Made by a program: the position numbers and the translations under genes
The notes under the pieces: generated by a model
Told to the model about the DNA's origin: nothing
The model's input: the letters and a program-made list of their open reading frames with translations, nothing else
Databases searched by the model: none
NCBI GenBank assembly: GCA_951406725.2
Contig: OX597817.1
Coordinates: 88,660,001 to 88,724,000 of the forward strand
DNA: 64,000 bases
Origin: Octopus vulgaris
Lineage: Eukaryota
Direction: 5' to 3'
Part shown: positions 12,346 to 22,750 of the stretch, piece after piece
Numbering within the stretch: position 1 is the stretch's first letter
Layout of the letters: every line of letters begins with the position of its first letter

Positions 12346-12351
12346 AATAAA
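12346..12351 (+). terminator. Candidate polyadenylation signal of CFAP54-like gene
   Basis: AATAAA 22 nt after the stop codon. Confidence 0.5.
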
Positions 12352-13133
12352 ATGCATACAATTATATTTTAGTATTGGTACCTCTCTGTTGCTGGAAAAT
12401 ATGATGGTATGATCAAAGTGTCTGAAAAGTGATCAATTGTAAGTGCATAGATACAGATAAATAAATATACAAATTCATTCATATTGATGAACAATCAATT
12501 AAAGGGGATTCATCATCATCAACATCATCATTATCACCATCATATAGCGTCTGTTATCCATGCTGGCATGGGTTAGATATTTTGAGTGGAGCTGGTAAGC
12601 CGGAGGGCTTCACCAGGCTCCAGTCATCTATTTTGGCTTGGTCTCTACAGTTGAATGCCAACCACATTACGTGTACTGGGTGTCTTCTACATATCACCAG
12701 TACAGGTGCCTTTTACACATCACTGGCACAGGTACCTTTTGCATGTCACTGGCACAGGTACCTTTTGCATGTCACTAGCACTGGCTATGACTATGATTTT
12801 ACTTGGCTTGATGAGTTTTCTGAAGTACAACAAATCACCAAAAGTCTCAGGCACTTGTTGTCACCTCCATGAGACTCAACATTCAAAGATCATATTTCAC
12901 CCCCTCATCTCACATCTTCCTGGATCACAGTTAATAAAATACAGACTAAGTCTGTGTGCCATGACAAGAGTTAATATTTGATATTTTGGGCAAGGCCTTT
13001 CTTTAAGGAAAAACGTATGTAAATGGTTGAACAAATGCCTATAACATATATTAATTTAATGTCATATCTGTTGTATTTTCCATAATTCTCATTTAGTTAG
13101 TTTATAAGTAAATAGAGCTCTAATAATTAGCTT

Positions 13134-14450
13134 TCATCATCATCATCGTTTAACGTCCGTTTTCCATGCTAGCATGGGTTGGACGGTTCAACTGGGGTCT
13201 GGGAAGCCAGAAGGCTGCGCCAGGCCCAGTCTGATCTGGCAGTGTTTCTACGGCTGGATGCCCTTCCTAATGCCAACCACTCCGTGAGTGTAGTGGGTGC
13301 TTTTTACGTGCCACCTGCACAGGTGTCAGACGAGGCTGGCAACGGCCACAATCGGATGGTGCATTTTACGTGCCACCGGCACGGAGGCCAGTCGGGGTGG
13401 CGTTGGCAACGGCCACGTTCGGATGGTTCTCTTACATGCCATCGGCACTGGTATCACAGCTACAATTTCCATTGATGTTGATCGATTTCGATTTTGATTT
13501 ACATTTTCACTTGCCTCAACAGGTCTTCACAAGTAGGGTTTGTGTCACAAGAAGGAAAGGTATGCATAAGTGGGCTGGCTACGTCCCAGGTAGAGGCTAT
13601 GGGTTATGGTCTCACTTGTCCTGCCAGGTCTTCCCACGCACAGCATACTTCCAAAGTTCTCGATCTCTGGTCATTTCCTCGGTGAGACCTAATGTTCGAA
13701 GGTCGTGCTTCACCAGCTTGTTCCAGATTTTCCTGGGTTTACCTCTTCCACAGGTTCCCTCAACTGCTAGAGTGTGGCACTTTTTCACACAACTATCTTC
13801 ATCCATTCTCGCTACATGACCATACCAGCGCAAACGTTTCTCTTGCACACCACAACTGATGCTTCTTAGGTCCAACTTTTCTCTCAAGGTACTTACACTC
13901 TGTCGAGTATGAACACTGACATTACACATCCATCGGAGCATACTGGCTTCATTTCTTGCGAGCTTACGCATATCCTCAGCAGTCACGGCCCAAGTTTCAC
14001 TGCCATGTAGCATGGCTGTTCGTACATATGCGTCATACAGTCTGCCTTTTATTCTGAGCGAGAGGCCTTTAGTCACCAGCAGAGGTAAGAGCTCTCTGAA
14101 CTTTGCCCAGGCTATTCTTACTCTTGCAGTTACACTTTCAGCACACCCGCCCCCGCTACTGACTTGGTCACCTAGGTAACGGAAGCTATCAACAATTTTT
14201 CTCCCTGGAATGTGGCGGAAGTTGGTCTCTGAGCATTTTCAGTGTTTATTGCTCCTGAGCATCTGCCACATACAAAATCTATCTTCCTAGTTAGCCTTCC
14301 TTTGACATTGCTGCACCTCTTATGTGTCCATAGCTTACACTTGGTGCATCTTATAGAGTTTCTACCTATGCCTTTTCTACAGATTGAGCAGGGCCATCTA
14401 CCTGAAGGCGTTTGTGATTTGCCTGCCTTCCTACATATTAGGACCCATTA
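13134..14450 (-). mobile_element. 5'-truncated RTE-clade LINE (RT C-terminus with embedded PHD finger)
   Basis: ORF 13612-14076 (KGRLYDAYVRTAMLHGSETW...RLRWYGHVARM...GRGKPRKIW) typical of RTE; upstream DSFRYLG motif and a C4HC3 finger; (CAT)n tail. Confidence 0.88.
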
Positions 14451-15296
14451 AAATTTCAAAAGCAATATTGCAGATGAAGCGGAGGTTAGATCTCTGTAGC
14501 ATAAATTGTAAATGAAAACAAATATAAAACAAGCGCACTCAGAGAGCACAAACCTCCACCAAGGTAACACCAACAATTAGTTGGAGATGATTTTTAAAAT
14601 GAGAATGTCTAAAATGAACTCGACTGCTCTCACAAACTAGAATACTAAAAATTAACCTGACCACTCTAAAAAATTAAGTAAAAAAAACTGGAAAAATAAT
14701 TCAGAATCCTTGTCTGGTATGAGGTCGATCCTAAAGTATCCAGCGGTTCTTGAGATATCTTGTCCATGGACAGACAGACAAACTAACAAAGAAGCAAACA
14801 TGACTGAAAGCAATACTGTCACCTTCACTAAGATGGAAGTAAAATGATGTATTATATAGTCACATACTAATCAAACAATTCTTTTGTTGTTGCCTTGGGA
14901 CTTTAATAGAAGATACATGCCCAAAGTATCATGCTCTGGGACTGAACCCAAGACCTCATGGTAAGGAAGCAAGCTTCTTAACCAAATAACCACTCGATGA
15001 AAATTAATTGTCATTTTTAGTCTAATTATGTCAATGATCTCTTGCCTACTTTGGAAGAAAGTTCAAATGGATTTCAGGTTATTGTAGAGTCAAAAAAACA
15101 AGTAATCCAGTTTTTACATTGATCAGTAGCAACTTTAAGAGTTATTGTGAGACTCATCCAGATTTATTTAACAATCTGCATATTAAGATAGAGCTTATTT
15201 TTCATAAGAATGTGAAATATGAACCAAACGTAAAGTATTTTTACTAAAAATTTGAATTTGTTTGTGTTTAGTGGATTTATAAAAACAAAAATTGTT

Positions 15297-15805
15297 GGCG
15301 TGGCTGGGTGATAAGAAGCTTCCTTCTCAACCACATGGCTCTTGATTCAGCCCCACTGTGTGGCACTTTGGCCAAGTGTCTTCTACTGTAGCCTCAGGTC
15401 GACCAAAGCTTTGTGAGTGGATTTCATGAACAGAAACTGAAAGAAGCCCACTATATCTTTATTTTTTATCTTTTACTTGTTTCAGTTATTAGACTGCAGC
15501 CATGTTAGGATACAGTCTTGAAGAATTTTTAGCCAAATGTATTGACCCTAGTATTTACTTTTTATAAACCAGGTACTTATTCTATTGGTCACTTTTGCTG
15601 AACTGCTAGATTAGAAGGGACATAAACTCATAGATGTATATATATGCATATATATGACAACCTTCTTTCAGTTTCCATCTACCAAATCCACTCACACGGC
15701 TTTGGTTGGGCTGAGGCTACAGTAGAAGACACTTGCCCAAGGTGCCATGCAGTGGGACTGAATCCAGAACCATGTGGCTGGGAAGCAAGCTTCTTACCAC
15801 ACAGC

Positions 15806-15861
<56 letters not shown>

Positions 15862-16078
15862 TTCAAGTCTGTGTTTGTCCCTCTATCAACACTTGACAAC
15901 TGGTGTTGTCATGTTTATGTCTTCGTAACTTAGCGGTTCGGCAAAAGTGACCGACAGAATAAGTACTAGGCTTTAAAAAAATAAGTTCTGGGGTTGATTT
16001 GTTCGACTAAAACCCTTCAATTCATGTTCCAGCATGGCCGCAGTCGAAATGACTGTAATAATTAAAAGAATAAAAGAG
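15297..16078. mobile_element. Nested SINE pair: + strand copy with a - strand copy inserted in its centre; (GT)n at 15809-15860
   Basis: Order: head(+) 15297-15450, tail(-) ~15455-15625, head(-) ~15655-15808, (GT)n, tail(+) ~15860-16078. Confidence 0.7.
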
Positions 16079-16187
16079 TAACTACACTACAATGAACTGC
16101 AAGAAAGATTTTTAGTAGAGTAAAGGGAAATAACTCGTACGTATTTATGGTAAAATTGAAGTTATTTTCCTTACACTATTCAATATT

Positions 16188-16641
16188 GGTTTCAAATTTT
16201 CGCACAACGCCAGCAATTTCAGGTAGTAGGTAGAGAGTAAGTCTATTACATCGCTTCCAGCAGTGGCGGACTGGCCAGGTTGCCAGCTTGCCCGATGGCA
16301 AGTGAGCCTCAGCGCCATTAGAATCCATATATGTGGGCCAAATGTTAGTATCTAAGGGGCCTATCCCCTCAAGTTTGAGAATTTTTTATTCACTCCTGGA
16401 AGAATGCATTAACTATTTCAGCCTGGCTGTGTTTGTAGACAGTTGAAAAAAATACTTTAAAAAAAATATGAAATATTTTTAGACCCAGTCCGCCACTGGC
16501 CTCCAGTATTTATTTTATCGATCCCGAAAGGATGAAAGGCAAAGTCGACCTCGGTGGAATTTGAACTCAAAACGGAAAGACGAACGAAATGCCGCTAAGC
16601 GTTTTGCCCGGGGTGCTAACGATTTTACCAGCTCACGGCCT
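16188..16641 (-). mobile_element. Second tRNA-derived SINE family (probable Meta-domain type), interrupted by a hAT MITE
   Basis: On -: B-box GAGTTCAAATTCC followed by GACTTTGCCTTTCATCCTTTCGGGATCGATAAAA; other copies near 30100, 33850, 36270, 41500 and 58700-59510. Confidence 0.7.
16261..16498. mobile_element. hAT-type MITE
   Basis: Perfect 14-bp TIR CAGTGGCGGACTGG / CCAGTCCGCCACTG; 8-bp TSD GCTTCCAG / GCCTCCAG (1 mismatch). Confidence 0.85.
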
Positions 16642-17494
16642 CAGTTGGCTTTTATATTTCAATGGCAGCTGCTAGTTTCTCCTATTATCGTCCAGTTCCC
16701 TATTCTAGAATTGTAATTCTATTCAGACCTGATCCACCTTTGAGTAAATATTTCTCGCTTTCCTTTTATTCTGCGTGTGATTACATTATCGAATGTGTCG
16801 TTCATTTTTAAGAGGCCATTTCTATGGTATTTCTATTGGTTTGAGTATACCGGAGGAAAGTAAAACCTGTTTTTACAGTACTAATGGTCGAAACTTTTAA
16901 TTGGCTCTTTACTGTTGTTTCTGTGGACATTAAAGGGAGCTTTAAATACAACAATTAATAATTCTATACCGTAAACGTTACAAGCGAAAAAAAAAAAAGA
17001 TTCAATATAGATATTTTTATTGTAATTATTAAGAATAGCCTTTAAATAGATTCTTATTTTAAAATCGACGTGCTGTTTTATTATGAATATAATATTACTT
17101 TTGAATAGATAAAAAAAAAAGCGTCCCCATGTATGTGATTAAACATTTTGTTTTTTCTGTTATAAGTTTAGAAAAGGAAAAGTTTTCTATAGCTTTATTC
17201 ATTTTGTAAATATTATAAGCAGGTTTGATAAGCCCTAAACAGAGAATGAACCATGTGGTGCTGGTGCTCATGAGCAAGGTACTTCATTTTACATTGCTCC
17301 AGTCTAGTCTGATGTAAACGACTATCAGCCAAAAACCTGGTGTAATTCTCTCTCCCTTCAGCTGTCACATTCATGGATGTGCTGCTAAGTCAAAGAGTGA
17401 GAGTCGAGAAGGTGTTTATGCCGATTAATGTACAGTTAACAGTCATGAAAAAGAGTAAATTGTCCTAAGAAAATGAAAGTAAATTGAGATAGGG

Positions 17495-17504
17495 ACCGGA
17501 AGTG
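17495..17504 (+). promoter_or_regulatory. ETS/GABP-type motif in putative RAD51B promoter region
   Basis: ACCGGAAGTG in a CpG-retaining zone ~1.6 kb upstream of the ATG; a candidate 5' UTR intron acceptor (TTCTACTCGTAG) ends at 19071. Confidence 0.35.
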
Positions 17505-17590
17505 AAGAGAGCGACATCCTCAAGGTTTTGTTCAGTATGTATGTGTGTATGCTCACTATTTTACTTGTCACATGAAATTCCGTACTTTTC

Positions 17591-18082
17591 GGTTATCTCA
17601 CCCCCATTCAAAATTGACATTAAAAAATTGGATTATCTCCCCACTAAAAAATTGAGTTTATGTGACAAGAGATTGAATTAAAAGAGTTAGATCCTTTTGA
17701 TTCAATACTTCAACAAATTGTTGACGTTTGGCTTCCTCAACAGGTATGGTATGATTTCTTATAAAAATTTTATCAGATTCAGTAAGATGTTTACTTTTGG
17801 ATCTTTTCTGTTTGATGGACGGAATTTTCTAGTTAACTAAAAAATTTGAAACTTCGTATACTGGTAGAATGTGTCAAAAGAAAACATTATTGTAAACAAA
17901 ATTGTAATATTATCAGATACAAAACGTTTCATCTTTTCACTTTTTATGTTTATTAATTTTTATTTTTTTGTTTTATTGAAGGTTAAACATTTTTTTTAGT
18001 TGGAGATAACCAAAAGTACCGATATATCTCGTAAAACGGCGTAGGGGAGATAACCCAATTTTTAAATTGGGGTGAGATAACC
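17591..18082. repeat. Inverted-repeat-bounded element upstream of RAD51B
   Basis: GGTTATCTCACCCC (17591) pairs with GGGGTGAGATAACC (18069-18082); a second nested pair is AAAAATTGGATTATCTCCCC / GGGGAGATAACCCAATTTTT. Confidence 0.6.
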
Positions 18083-19084
18083 AAACTATTACCTAATCGA
18101 AATTTACACACTCTGAAAAGTATTTTTAGAAAATTTCTTTAAAAAATCACCCATTTTTCTGAAAGAAAGCCGTCTCATGCGAATTTTCTGAAACTCCACA
18201 CCTCACCCTTGGAAACATTTTTTCACAATAAATTTGAAATTGAATTGATCCAAATTTCGATATACTGAGAATCTATATCATCTGAAGCATATTTGTAGAA
18301 AATTTTATTAAAAAATGTTCATTTTTTCCCCGGAAGCTATGAGAAAACAAATTCGGTAGGGTATACATCTGTAAGAATGACAACACTTCTACTTTCAGTT
18401 TTATTTTATTTTATTTTACTTTCGGGATTTTAATCGTGAAAACTACGATGAAGAAGTGGAGTACGAAAACTTTTCTCTCTAAATGCAGATTATAAGTATT
18501 TCAAAGTGGAGAATATTGTAACATGTCGAAAAATAGCGAAAAAGAAAACAAAAATTTGTGGTGGTGGCTGTTGTTCTGAAGGGAGAATGAGCGGATTAAA
18601 GATTTTTCTTTTTTAAAAATGTCAGCCCCACTTCCCCACAAGTATTTTGGAATGTAGGAACGTAGAAAAATCCCGAAAGAAAAAAAAAGCAATGGAACGG
18701 AGTAATTACGATTTATGTGTTACAGCTATTTCGAAAGTCCGTACGAGGAATGTAACATACAGGTGACATATCTCTGAATAAATCCATTCCAAATACTAAC
18801 CCAAATGAGCTTTTTTTAAACGTTTAGACACTATAATTTTTTTCAATATACATTTCATCAGCTAGTTTATTTATTTATTTCGTTAATTTAACTAATTAAC
18901 AAATTAGTTGACGTGAAACATCATCATATTATCCTATGATTTATTTTACGAAACGGACAGCTTTCGTTTTACACCGATTAATGCCAGTACCGGTGTAAGC
19001 ATTCCCACTTTCTAGCCTTTTAATCATCCTGTTTATGGAATTATTTGTATTTTGCTCTATTCTACTCGTAGAAAGTCCTAGGTT

Positions 19085-20161
19085 ATGGCACTGAGGAAAA
19101 TTAAGAGGACTTCACACAACTCTGATGACGTAAAGCGACTCCAGCAGCAAAACCTCAGGACTTGTAAAGATGTTTTGAGTCGATCAACTTTAGAATTGTT
19201 CAAAATAATAGGTAAAAGCCAGTCATCAGTTGAGGAACTTATACGAAATGTTAGTTTACTTTGTGCTCCGAAAGCTTGCACTGCAGCACAACTATTACAA
19301 AAAAGAAAGCTAAAGACGAACACATGTCCATTTTTCGCCACATCACTGCCGGATTTAGACAAAGTGCTCCACGGAGGAATTCCTATTGGAAGTATCACAG
19401 AACTGGCGGGACCAGCCGGGTGTGGGAAGACGCAGTTTTGTATGATGTTATCGTTGTTGTCCACATTGCCGACAGAGATGTGTGGTATGGCTGGTCGTGT
19501 GATCTACATAGATACAGAATCAACTTTCAGTGCCAGTAGATTGGTGGAAATGGCCCGAAACAAATATCCGGATTACTTCAACGATGAAGACCGTTTGAAG
19601 AATCTTACAGAGAACGTCTTGGTCGATTTCCATTCGACTTGTGACAGTTTAGTAAACAGATTTCAGGAACTGGAAATGGACATAATATCTCAGAAGGTGA
19701 AATTGCTTATAGTTGATTCGATCGCTTCTTTAGTTAGGAAAGAATTCGGAGGACATTTAGAATATAATATGGCAGAACGAACAAATTTCCTTACTAAAAC
19801 TGCCGCCATACTTAAGAATATTTCAGAATCTTTTCAGATACCGGTAGTTGTCACCAATCAAATTACAACTAGGTTGGCAACCACTTCTAAAGATTTTCAA
19901 ACTTGTAACGCGGGGAATGCGTATGCGACAGTAGCATTAGGAAATACTTGGAGTCACAGCGTGAACACACGTCTAATAATTGAATACGTAGATTCTGTTC
20001 TTCGGCAGGTAATGGTAGCTAAATCTCCCATTGCACCTTTCACATCGTTTTATTACACCATTCAATCTGCTGGAATTGTGCAAGAGAAAGACTCTGCGTA
20101 CCATTATTATGGCACTGACCCAACTGTCCAACGAATTCGTGTAAGAACTGATGTGCTTTAA
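19085..20161 (+). CDS. RAD51B: DNA repair protein RAD51 homolog B (RAD51 paralog), CDS without introns
   Basis: 358-aa uninterrupted ORF; Walker A GPAGCGKTQ and Walker B LLIVDS; RAD51B-type motifs CAPK..TA, YIDTESTFSA.RLVE, ALGNTWSHSVNTRL and AKSP.APFTSF.YTI. Confidence 0.95.
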   Translation: MALRKIKRTSHNSDDVKRLQQQNLRTCKDVLSRSTLELFKIIGKSQSSVEELIRNVSLLCAPKACTAAQLLQKRKLKTNTCPFFATSLPDLDKVLHGGIPIGSITELAGPAGCGKTQFCMMLSLLSTLPTEMCGMAGRVIYIDTESTFSASRLVEMARNKYPDYFNDEDRLKNLTENVLVDFHSTCDSLVNRFQELEMDIISQKVKLLIVDSIASLVRKEFGGHLEYNMAERTNFLTKTAAILKNISESFQIPVVVTNQITTRLATTSKDFQTCNAGNAYATVALGNTWSHSVNTRLIIEYVDSVLRQVMVAKSPIAPFTSFYYTIQSAGIVQEKDSAYHYYGTDPTVQRIRVRTDVL

Positions 20162-20844
20162 ATCAGTGTCAACACCTTTGTCACTTGCGATATGTTCAAA
20201 ACAAATTTTCACTCACCCCGATCCTCCGGGTATCCGTTATCTCCAAGCCACTTATGTTCTGTACAAATTGATCCTACATCTATAAGCAAGAAATTTTACG
20301 GGTATTTACCTGTCCGATGATGTCATCTAGGTTCTGTTATTTATTTTTAATCTTACAGTGATACCACCATATAAGCTTCTTCCTAGTTTCTGAGAGGCAG
20401 AGGTCTCTAAAATTACTTTAAACCTTCCTCCTTCTCTTCCTTAATTCATTAAAATAATTGTTCACCATTTCAGTAGCTAAATTTAATCACGATTTTCATT
20501 AGCTACGAAAATAGCCAAGTTAGTACTGTTATATGTAATATAGCGAAGAAAGAAACTAATTAAAAATACCAATGAGTAGAAAACGTTAGCTCAGTTATTA
20601 AATTAAGGCACTGTTTTATTCAAACCAGGATAATAAAAAAAAAAAAAATGAACATCAAGCATATATCAATGTTGAATAATGTTTTAAATTTTATTAACTT
20701 TTCATCAATCCCAACTAATGTATAAATCATCTTTTGACAACTTTTCACTTTGCTGATTTTTCTTGTTATTAAACTCTAATTCATTGTAGGGCAGGGGTAA
20801 AGATCATGGACCGCACCCCCTTTGCGATGTTTTGGGGGGTTTTA

Positions 20845-21655
20845 TTTTTACATGAACACACTATATGGAGGGTGGAGATTCCGAATCTGCAAAAAAATCT
20901 GCATTTCAAAATTTAAGTCCCCTCTCCCCAAATTTATTAAATTTTCACTTTTTTTTAAAAAAAATTGGGGGGAAAAATAAGGAGATTATGAATCTGGAAA
21001 AAATTTGTAAAATTTCAATTTTCAAAAAAAATAATAAATATCCCTTCCCCTCTGCCCCATGACAAAAAGTGAAATTAAAGTTTTCTCTACTAATGTTTCA
21101 TGCGTGCATAGAATTATAAAATTGCAGGTGCAAAAAGTATCTAAACAGAAAACCTGACATGCTAGAAAAGCATTTTCAAAATTTAATTATGAGTTACCAA
21201 AGAAGGAAAAATTTCAAAATTTAAACCCGCCCCAACCGGAAATCTGACAAGCTAGAAACGACAGCCAAACTGAGGATCAACTTTCTAAATACGAAATAGT
21301 AAAAGAGGAAAAGAAATTTTTAATGTCATTTTGTTGTGTGTATGTGTGCAAAAAATCTTTTTTTTATTACATACCTCACTTAATTCCAAGAGACCCTCAA
21401 CCACATGTTCGTCATGAAACATTAGTAGAGAAAACACTTTAATTTCACTTCTTGTCATGGGACGGGGGGGGTGTTTAATTTATCTTTTTTTTTTTTTTTG
21501 TTTTTGAAAAATTGAAATTTTACAGATTTTTTTCCCCCGAATCATAATCTCCGTATTTCGCCAAAAAAGTTTAAAAGGGAAAGGTCGAAATTTTGGTGAG
21601 GTGGGGGGATTTAAATTTTGAAACGCCCTCGATATAGTGTGTTCCTGTAAAAAAA
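20845..21655. mobile_element. Foldback-type element with ~250-bp imperfect inverted arms
   Basis: Arm ~20845-21101 is the reverse complement of ~21413-21655 (e.g. TTTTCTCTACTAATGTTTCATG / CATGAAACATTAGTAGAGAAAA). Confidence 0.7.
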
Positions 21656-21863
21656 GAAAGCAGAATTCAATTTCTGCTGCTAAAATACAAAAATAACCAA
21701 ACTCTACCTCTTACATAGCGAGAGTTTCTCAATTTTATATTAACAGGAAAATCGCTGCCTTGGCAGCTATAATAGTAATTATATTGCCATATATTTTTAA
21801 CACTGGTGCTGTGTTTCTACTTACGTCTCTTTTACCTCTTATTTTGAACAAAGGGAAAAAGGT

Positions 21864-22246
21864 GGTTAATGTTGACATTATTACCCAGAAACGAAACCGG
21901 GGAAAAAAAGTGAATCAGAGAACAAAAATATGCAGAGAGCAATGGGGATGAGGTGGGGAGAGGCCTTCAGAAAATTCACAAGATCCAATGTTTTTCCCTC
22001 ATAACTTTTAGGAAATGGGTTTTTTTAAAATCAAATTTTATATAAATACCTTTCAAACAGTATAGATTACAATTATGAAGAAATTTGTGGGGGAAATCTT
22101 TTCCAATAGAGTGGGGAGAGGTCTTTGGAAAATTCACAAGATCCGAGTTTTTCCCTCGTAACTTTGAGGAAAATATAATCCTTTTGAAATCACAAATTAG
22201 GCTTTTCCTCAGGAACTTGGATGCTAAGGGTTTGGGTTCTTACTTC

Positions 22247-22289
<43 letters not shown>

Positions 22290-22382
22290 ATCACACAAAC
22301 ATTTTTGTTTTCAGATTCGTTTTCTGCACTTTTTACACCTGTTGCACTATTTTTTCTCTGGGTAATAATGTCAACATTAACC
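21864..22382. mobile_element. Non-autonomous DNA transposon, GG-termini, 8-bp TSD (Merlin-like?)
   Basis: Perfect 26-bp TIR GGTTAATGTTGACATTATTACCCAGA; perfect TSD AAAAAGGT on both sides; internal ~60-bp direct repeats at ~21953 and ~22111. Confidence 0.85.
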
Positions 22383-22444
22383 AAAAAGGTAAACACAAAT
22401 GGAAATAAAACAGATGTTTTAATATTTTTTAAATTGAAATATAT

Positions 22445-22750
22445 TCTTTTATTTGTCTCTGTCATTTGACTGCGGCTGTGCTGGAGCACCGCCTTTAGTT
22501 GAGCAAATCGACACCAGGAATATGTAAGCCTAGTACTTATTCTATCGGTCTCTTATGCCGAACGGCTAAGCTATGGGGACGTAAACACACCAGCATCGGT
22601 TGTCACGCAATGTTGGCGGGGACAAACATATACATATATATGACGGGCTTCTTTCAGTTTCTGTCTACCAAATCCACTCAAAAGTTATAGTAGTAGACAT
22701 TTGCTCAAGATGCCATGCAGTGGGACTGAATCCGGAACCATGTGGTTGTA
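22445..22750 (-). mobile_element. Bipartite SINE copy
   Basis: Homologous to 955-1397. Confidence 0.7.

Noticed and set aside
19078-19539. Overlapping ORFs (19078-19464 on -, 19261-19539 on +) within RAD51B
   Set aside because: Shadow frames of a real CDS with no independent motif support.
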